Shown here one piece after another: positions 57,949 through 64,000 of a DNA stretch of 64,000 nucleotides. How positions within the stretch are numbered: position 1 is the stretch's first letter; every line of letters starts with the position of its first letter. The stretch comes from an uncultured delta proteobacterium (lineage in GTDB: Bacteria; Desulfobacterota; Syntrophorhabdia; Syntrophorhabdales; WCHB1-27). The DNA lies in NCBI GenBank assembly GCA_963810935.1, contig CAWEPK010000010.1, positions 160,001 through 224,000 on the forward strand. The letters are read 5' to 3'. Made by a program: the position numbers and the translations under genes. The notes below the pieces were generated by a model. It did not search any database and had not been told where the DNA came from. It saw only the letters and a list, made by a program, of their open reading frames with translations.

Positions 57949-59094
57949 TCATTGAAGCGAGAAGTAGAATTCCATATCGTAGCTGTTTCCCACGGCATAC
58001 TCCGGGCTGCCCGCCGAGGCGAGATAACCGTCTATAAATGACGGGATCATGTACTGCGAAGCAACCGAGCCCTTTTGCAAGGCGCGGTTGAGAGTGCCGT
58101 TGACGGTCAGTGTGTAGCTTACGCCGTTCGTCAATGTGATCGGGGAAGGGAAGACATAAGTCCCCCAATTTGCAAGCGGACCTGCACCCATCAAGGCCGA
58201 TGCAATTACCGTGCTGCCTTGCGCAAGGCTAAAGCTGAGTCCCGAACCGCCTACGTTTAAGGCGGTCACGATCTTATCGCCGCCTGACACCGTAAAGGTT
58301 TCTACAGCCGGGGCGGAGATGCCATTGGTATCGCAATACCCAGTGCCCTGTACGTAGCCATCGGCGTACCACACGTTATAGTCAGGAACACCCTGATCCC
58401 CCGGAAGTGACCACGAACCATTCCCACCGTACATCGCAGTCAGGATGTACGAAGGGTCAAAGGGCTGCGCAAAAGTCGTAGAGCTGTGTGCCTCCGTATC
58501 AAGACTCACGTAGTTCACAGTTGGGCTTGGATCGATATTTATAAGAACAATGTGGTAGATCGTTCCGGCAGTCAGCGAAATGGAGGGAAGCGTGAAGGTT
58601 GATATAATGCTGCCCTTAGCCGAATACGCCGCTGTAGTATCCGTACCCGTCCAAACAACACTGTTCATGTTCGGATAATGGTTTGCGCTGCCGTCGTCGT
58701 TACAGAGCTGCCACTGAATTGTGCCACCCGTTCCGCCCATATAACCGGGAGTCACGTTCTCGTACTGGAGCGAAAGACGCACCACGGCTCCGGTGTGTTC
58801 GCACAGGAAACGGGCGTCGACCTGTCCGTTTGGACCAATTTGGAGGTTCTCAAGGAAGCCCATGTAGACCCCGCTGCCGTAATAGGGGTTCCCGGACTGT
58901 GTTATGGCGGTGCCGCCGCCCGATCCGCTGCCTGATGAGCCTCCACTCGTGCTTCCAGTGTCGCCCCTTGAGCCTGAAGCGCCGGTAACCGAAGGCCCCG
59001 TAGCTGTCCCTGTGCCGGGCGACGAGCTGCTGCCCCCGCCGGAACACGCGAAAGAGACTACGAGACAGCAAAGTAGAACTACAAATAGCTTCAT
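57949..59094 (-). CDS. Hypothetical surface lipoprotein: Gly/Ser/Thr linker plus beta-rich domains
   Basis: Signal peptide with lipobox SFAC; GGGSSSSPGTG..GGSSGSGSGGG linker; GGAGG RBS; more AT-rich codon usage than neighbours. Confidence 0.75.
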   Translation of the reverse strand: MKLFVVLLCCLVVSFACSGGGSSSSPGTGTATGPSVTGASGSRGDTGSTSGGSSGSGSGGGTAITQSGNPYYGSGVYMGFLENLQIGPNGQVDARFLCEHTGAVVRLSLQYENVTPGYMGGTGGTIQWQLCNDDGSANHYPNMNSVVWTGTDTTAAYSAKGSIISTFTLPSISLTAGTIYHIVLINIDPSPTVNYVSLDTEAHSSTTFAQPFDPSYILTAMYGGNGSWSLPGDQGVPDYNVWYADGYVQGTGYCDTNGISAPAVETFTVSGGDKIVTALNVGGSGLSFSLAQGSTVIASALMGAGPLANWGTYVFPSPITLTNGVSYTLTVNGTLNRALQKGSVASQYMIPSFIDGYLASAGSPEYAVGNSYDMEFYFSLQ

Positions 59095-59335
59095 TACTTC
59101 TTCCTCCTATCTACTCGCTTATCTGTTTGGTGGGTAGTAGAGCCGTCCAATTTAACGGGCTCTCCCTCTTTGGAGTCTTCCGAAACCTCCTTTCCTTTTT
59201 TAGCGCCGTTTTCGGACCTTACCACCAGGCGCGAAAGGAGTATAGCCGATTTATAAATCGAAAGTCTACATTAATTTGTACTAAACCTAATATCCACGTA
59301 GGTATGCTTTAGAACGACAACCTTTCCGACGGAGG

Positions 59336-60487
59336 ATGCAATTGATATTACTCGTCGCATTCTGGCTCCTGGCCGGCGTTGTACTATACGTTTACGCAGG
59401 TTATCCCCTCATCGTTCAGTACCTGGGACGGCGCAATACAGGCAGGCGCTTACCGGGCGGAGCCGATTTCTTCCCATTCGTTTCTCTCATCATCACCGCG
59501 TACAACGAAGAGGACAGCATCCGGGAAAAAATCATCAACTCCCTCAGTCTGGCCTACCCGCATGACCGGCTGGAGATCATCGTGGCCTCCGACGGGTCGA
59601 CCGACCGTACCGACGAGATAGTGCGGGAGTTTGCGCACAGAGGCATCCGGCTGGTCAGACTGCCGTCGAACAAGGGAAAGAGCGCGGCCCAGAACGCGGG
59701 CGTCGCACATGCGAGCGGCGAGGTCGTGGTCTTCTGCGACGCGGATGTAGAGCTGGACGAAGACACGCTGGCAGCTATAATAAGGCCCTTTGCCGACAGG
59801 CGGGTGGGCTGCGTCACCGGCAAGATACGCTACGTAAAAAGCGCGGAAACGGGAGTGACGAGGGGCGAGAACCTGTACTGGAGGTATGAGTTCAACCTCA
59901 GGAAACAGGAGAGCGACTTCGGCAACCTGGCGATGGGCAGCGGCCTGCTCGCTATCCGAAAAAAACTATTCAAGCCGCTCGATTCCGACGTCGGCGACGA
60001 TTTCGTCCTTCCCATGAAGACGGCCGTCCAGGGGTACCGGGTCGTCTTCGAGCCGGACGCGCGGGGACGCACAATGCTCTACCAGAGCCACGCGGAAGAC
60101 ATGTTCGCGACGAAGCTCCGGATAATAACAAAGGACCTCCGCGGCCTGTTCTTTTGCAAGGAGATACTCAATCCGTTCGCTCACCCCTTTTATGCGTGGG
60201 GTCTGCTCTCCCACAAGCTCCTGAGATGGCTCGTGCCATACTTTTTGATCGGCCTTTTCGCCGTAAGCCTGGCGCTGCGCCATCTCCCCTTCTACGGCGT
60301 GGCGGTCGTAGCCCAGGCTGTTTTCTATACCCTCGCGCTCGTCAACCTCGCTATGGGGGCACGCGGCAGGGAGCTACGCCTTCTTTACATCCCATCCTGC
60401 TTCTTCCTTATAAACTCGGCTGCATTTCTGGGGGTGATAAGGTTCGTGACGGGCGGCAAGTCGGGCCGCTGGCAGCCGGTGAGGTGA
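59336..60487 (+). CDS. Glycosyltransferase family 2 (membrane-bound)
   Basis: YAGYP, AYNEE, SDGSTDRT, GK..A.N, FCDAD, YWRYE, DDF, SHKLLRW. Confidence 0.93.
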   Translation: MQLILLVAFWLLAGVVLYVYAGYPLIVQYLGRRNTGRRLPGGADFFPFVSLIITAYNEEDSIREKIINSLSLAYPHDRLEIIVASDGSTDRTDEIVREFAHRGIRLVRLPSNKGKSAAQNAGVAHASGEVVVFCDADVELDEDTLAAIIRPFADRRVGCVTGKIRYVKSAETGVTRGENLYWRYEFNLRKQESDFGNLAMGSGLLAIRKKLFKPLDSDVGDDFVLPMKTAVQGYRVVFEPDARGRTMLYQSHAEDMFATKLRIITKDLRGLFFCKEILNPFAHPFYAWGLLSHKLLRWLVPYFLIGLFAVSLALRHLPFYGVAVVAQAVFYTLALVNLAMGARGRELRLLYIPSCFFLINSAAFLGVIRFVTGGKSGRWQPVR

Positions 60488-60489
60488 TA

Positions 60490-61356
60490 ATGAAGAATAT
60501 TCTGACCATTGACGTCGAAGACTGGTACCAATCCTCGATAGACGTGCTGCGGGCGAAGGGTTACGCAGCACAGGGCCGCCCTGTGCCGACAGCGAGCGTC
60601 GTCGCCAACACCCTGCACCTGCTCGATATACTATCGGAGTTCGGCGCAAAGGCAACCTGCTTCGTTCTGGGCTCGGTGGCAGAGACGTATCCCTTCCTCG
60701 TCCGCCGCATAGCGGACGCAGGACACGAGGTGGCCACCCATGGGTACGGCCACGAGCTCGTCTACGCACTCGACAGGGAAAGGTTCCGCTCGGACGTCGC
60801 CCTCTCCAAGAAATTGCTCGAAGATATTACCGGGCGAGCGGTGGAGGGTTACCGGGCGCCCTACTTCTCGATCACTCCCCGCTCGGCCTGGGCGCTAGAT
60901 GTGCTCGCCGAATCGGGGATCAAGTATGATTCGAGCATTTTCCCCATCCGCAGGGGACTTTACGGCTTCCCCGGCGGCAAGCGCTTCCCACATACGATGG
61001 ACCTGGCGGAAGGCCGGGCGCTCCTCGAGCTGCCCGTCTCTACATTGCGGGTGCTCGGCCAGAACCTTCCCTTCGGCGGCGGGGGCTATTTCCGCCTCGC
61101 GCCGTACTCATTCGTCAAAAACAGCCTCCTGTCCGTAAACAGGGCACGGCAGGTCGGGGTCTTCTATGTGCACCCTTACGAGCTCGATACCGAAGAGCTG
61201 AAATCACCACTGCCTGCCGAGAACCGGCGCACGCGCGTCTTCCGATGGAGCCAGCGGCTTAACCGCGAGAAGACGGAGCCCAAGATAGGCAGGCTGCTCA
61301 CCGACTTCGCATGGACATCGATCCGCGAGTGGGCCAATGGCGAAAACGGCCGTTAA
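60490..61356 (+). CDS. XrtA/PEP-CTERM-system-type polysaccharide deacetylase (DUF3473)
   Basis: TIDVEDWY, ATCFVLG, GHEVATHGYGH, GYRAPYFS, YDSSIFP, GGGYFRL, FYVHPYE. Confidence 0.9.
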   Translation: MKNILTIDVEDWYQSSIDVLRAKGYAAQGRPVPTASVVANTLHLLDILSEFGAKATCFVLGSVAETYPFLVRRIADAGHEVATHGYGHELVYALDRERFRSDVALSKKLLEDITGRAVEGYRAPYFSITPRSAWALDVLAESGIKYDSSIFPIRRGLYGFPGGKRFPHTMDLAEGRALLELPVSTLRVLGQNLPFGGGGYFRLAPYSFVKNSLLSVNRARQVGVFYVHPYELDTEELKSPLPAENRRTRVFRWSQRLNREKTEPKIGRLLTDFAWTSIREWANGENGR

Positions 61357-62407
61357 GACCAGCGCGTCAGAGTACGGCAGCGAAAGGGACCTCCCTTGCT
61401 CCGAGCTACGATGGGACAGCCAGGCGGATGCACTGAAGGGGCTTTTTGCAGCCGTCTGGGGCGGCCACCGTATAAACGGCATGGAGTACTTCGCGTGGCA
61501 GTTCCTCGAAGGCCCCAAGGGGAGGCCCATCGCTCACTGCGCCCGGCCTGATGACGCTGCGGCCGGCGCGCTCGCCGGGGTCTACCTGGTGACTCCCGGA
61601 ACATTGCTCGCAGGCACGCACAGGCTGGAGTTCAGCACGTCCGTTTACACGGCCACCCATCCGGATTACCAGAGACGGGGCATCTTCGGCCGCCTGGCGG
61701 AGCTGACGTACGATAAATGCAGCAGGGAAGGCATTGCCGGGACAGTCGGGGTCCCGAACAACAACTCCCTGCCCGGCTTCAGGCGCCTCGGCTTCCAGGT
61801 GCTGGGCAGCATGGAAGTGCTCGTGCGGACCGCCTCACCGTTCGACGCACGCAAAACCGACCCGAGGGTGCGGGAATTTGAGTCCCTGCGCGACTTCGAG
61901 CGTATCGACTGCCGGATCGACAGGACCAGGGCGCTTTCCGGCACGGTCCTCTTCGAGCGGCAGCCGGAGTTCCTCGCCTGGCGATATCTTCGCTGTCCCG
62001 GCGTTCGCTATCGTATTTTCGGCTTCATGGGCGAACCCGGCAGGCTGACGGGCCTGATAGTGGTGAGACGTGCAAGACGCAAAGGCGTGCCTATTACCGT
62101 TATTGCAGACTTTCTCGTGGACTGGACGGTCGCTGACGCCGACGCTGCTGCCTGCGCCCTGCTGTCCAGGGCGCACCTTTTCGCAGTAAAGAACCTCACT
62201 CCGGGCGTCATCACCCTGGTCAACCCTTTTTCACGCGAAGCACAGACGTTGGAAAAGAACGGCTTCAGGCGGGTGAGCAAACGGCTTCTGCCCCACGACT
62301 GCAACCTGATCCTGAAGCTGCACATCGACCAGCCTGCGCCGTTGGCTTCCCGTCTCGCCGACTTCAGGAACTGGCATTTCTCTTTCGGAGACTACGATAT
62401 CTTCTGA
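61337..62407 (+). CDS. GNAT-family acetyltransferase
   Basis: YFAWQF...P, THPDYQRRGIF, G.PN.NS.PGF..LG, FL.WRY, GDYD. Confidence 0.82.
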   Translation: MAKTAVKTSASEYGSERDLPCSELRWDSQADALKGLFAAVWGGHRINGMEYFAWQFLEGPKGRPIAHCARPDDAAAGALAGVYLVTPGTLLAGTHRLEFSTSVYTATHPDYQRRGIFGRLAELTYDKCSREGIAGTVGVPNNNSLPGFRRLGFQVLGSMEVLVRTASPFDARKTDPRVREFESLRDFERIDCRIDRTRALSGTVLFERQPEFLAWRYLRCPGVRYRIFGFMGEPGRLTGLIVVRRARRKGVPITVIADFLVDWTVADADAAACALLSRAHLFAVKNLTPGVITLVNPFSREAQTLEKNGFRRVSKRLLPHDCNLILKLHIDQPAPLASRLADFRNWHFSFGDYDIF

Positions 62408-62480
62408 AGACCCCGCCCTTATCGCCCCGGTAAACCCCTCTTTTCCAAAGGCCTGACCTGCGCCGCTCTTCCCGCGTCGC

Positions 62481-63353
62481 TTACACCAGGCTTTCGTCCA
62501 TCCAACCGACTTTGACGATCTGGATCCGGCTCAAGTCGCTCACGCCGAGGTGGTATTTCCGGTCGGCATCTGCGATATGAATGGGCTCAACGTCCAGGGG
62601 CCTGTCTTCGCCGAAGTGGGCAATTCTCTTCAGGCGCAGCAGCTCTGCTCCTACGGCGTCTATTGCGACCGGGTCGGTCCCGACGATGATGCCTTTGTAA
62701 GGCCAGACGAAGCGCTTATCGAAAAAACTGGCGCCCCGGCCGTAGAACTGGGGCGTGAGGGCCACAAGCACGTTTAGTCTCGTCTTGCCTTTCACGACGG
62801 GCAGCGTCCAGATGCGGCCAAGGTCTGCGCAGCCGTTGGGATGATAGTCCGACGGGCTCGGCACAAACTGGATGTAGTTCTTGAGAAGGGTGCCGACGCC
62901 GGACCAATGGTGGCTTCTCACGGGGCGGGTATTTACCAGGGCAGTGGCCTTTAAGAATAACGGGTTTTGAAGGACGCCTCTGTCCCCGACGGCGATGTCA
63001 TCGCTGCGGATGCCGACGTCGAGAAGCCTCTTCCGGATGGCCTCTTCCATTTCCGGGGGCGTAGGCAGGTGGCGCCAGTCGTTGCTCTTGATGCCGACAA
63101 CATCCGATTTCCTGAACAAAGTTTGCCACGCCGCGATGGGCTCTTTCTTTTCCAGGAGCGTGCAAAGGCCCTCGTCGAGCATCTTCTGGAGCACTGCCGC
63201 GCGTATCTCTCCGTTCGGGCCGAGGACGTCCCGGTCCCGTACGAGGACCACCTTTGCGGCTGCTGCGGCCCCGGCTTTTCCGGGCAGGCCCAGGCTCGCG
63301 GCTGCGGCGAGACCTGCCGTCGTTTTAAGGAAATCCCGGCGCGTTATCTTCAT
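62481..63353 (-). CDS. DUF362-domain protein with Tat signal
   Basis: TRRDFLK twin-arginine signal; VGIKSN, H.WSG....KN, DPVAID. Confidence 0.85.
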   Translation of the reverse strand: MKITRRDFLKTTAGLAAAASLGLPGKAGAAAAAKVVLVRDRDVLGPNGEIRAAVLQKMLDEGLCTLLEKKEPIAAWQTLFRKSDVVGIKSNDWRHLPTPPEMEEAIRKRLLDVGIRSDDIAVGDRGVLQNPLFLKATALVNTRPVRSHHWSGVGTLLKNYIQFVPSPSDYHPNGCADLGRIWTLPVVKGKTRLNVLVALTPQFYGRGASFFDKRFVWPYKGIIVGTDPVAIDAVGAELLRLKRIAHFGEDRPLDVEPIHIADADRKYHLGVSDLSRIQIVKVGWMDESLV

Positions 63354-64000
63354 GGCACCTCCTTCAGTCTTGTACTTGCCGCGTCTATCAGGCGCACGGC
63401 CTCGCCTTCGTCCGGGACATGGAGCGCGATTATGATGCGCCGGCCTTCAAGCCGGGCGCTGTTCCACGCACCCTCGATCTGGGCCATGCCCGCCCTATTG
63501 AGCTTGTATTCCCTGCCGAACGTGGAATACGCAAATTCCGCATCGCTCTGCGTAGGATAAGCAGCCAGCAGCAGGAATGTCCTTTCTTTGCCGAAATCGT
63601 ACCGGGCAAAAACGACCTCCGTTTCCGATGTCAGGCGGAGTATGTTCTCGCCCGATATGAAGCAGCGTTGATTGAGCAGCACATGGCTGCGCACGAATTT
63701 TGCGGTATCCGGCACCCGGCGGGCCTCCGGCAGCGCCTGCATTATGAGGGGAGGGCCTCCCGCCTCAGCTACCGATGAAGCGAGTTTTTTCCCGATCTCC
63801 AGGACGGCATCCTCCTGCTCCTTCCCCTCGCCTTCCCCGAAAATACTGAAGAAATAGCTGCCCTTCCAGAACCTGAGCATCCCGCCGCCGAATTCCGACT
63901 CCTGGCCTATGTCTGCTTCCGGGTCATGTTTGTCCCATGTGAATACGCCGAAGGCGTCCTGCGGCGACCCCATCTCGTAGGCTTCCGCTACAATTGCCGG
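63350..64000 (-). CDS. DUF6599-like hypothetical protein (5' end outside window)
   Basis: Frame open to the window edge (PAIVAEAYEMGSPQDAFGVFT..G..S....G..RFWKG.YF); stop overlaps the DUF362 start. Confidence 0.7.
   Translation of the reverse strand, partial: PAIVAEAYEMGSPQDAFGVFTWDKHDPEADIGQESEFGGGMLRFWKGSYFFSIFGEGEGKEQEDAVLEIGKKLASSVAEAGGPPLIMQALPEARRVPDTAKFVRSHVLLNQRCFISGENILRLTSETEVVFARYDFGKERTFLLLAAYPTQSDAEFAYSTFGREYKLNRAGMAQIEGAWNSARLEGRRIIIALHVPDEGEAVRLIDAASTRLKEVP

Noticed and set aside
1..64000. CRISPR arrays, tRNA/rRNA genes and known riboswitches
   Set aside because: No regularly spaced repeats or recognisable RNA-gene signatures were found by eye in the intergenic regions; an Infernal/Rfam scan would be needed to exclude small ones.

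Overview
A GC-rich bacterial chromosomal window. Gene content suggests an anaerobic Desulfobacterota / Syntrophorhabdaceae-like organism (inference). Left to right: (1) the 5' part of an IS110-family (IS621-like) DEDD recombinase gene that the ORF track missed, with its complete ~200-bp non-coding left end. This end folds into a bridge-RNA-like structure whose guide segments match the flanking target DNA and the element's own terminus. (2) glgX, a DUF4398/OmpA pair and yihY. (3) The minus-strand rimP-nusA-infB-ylxP-rbfA-nrnA-truB-rpsO-pnp-M16-dut-xerD-arnT-like gene run. (4) Small housekeeping genes, a glutaryl-CoA dehydrogenase-like gene and a biotin carrier. (5) An IclR-led xanthine-oxidase-family molybdoenzyme cluster whose FAD subunit carries a nested GltD-like module, followed by two CoA ligases. 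(6) A ~27-kb surface-glycan locus preceded by an ops-like site, rich in acyl/amide/deacetylation enzymes and interrupted by an antisense Gly/Ser-rich lipoprotein gene. (7) DUF362 and DUF6599-like genes. Six single-base-insertion frameshifts (xerD, pnp x2, iclR, capD-like, wzx) can all be repaired to the hexamer CAGCTC/GAGCTG. This suggests methylation-linked sequencing errors rather than true pseudogenes. No rRNA, tRNA or CRISPR array was seen.
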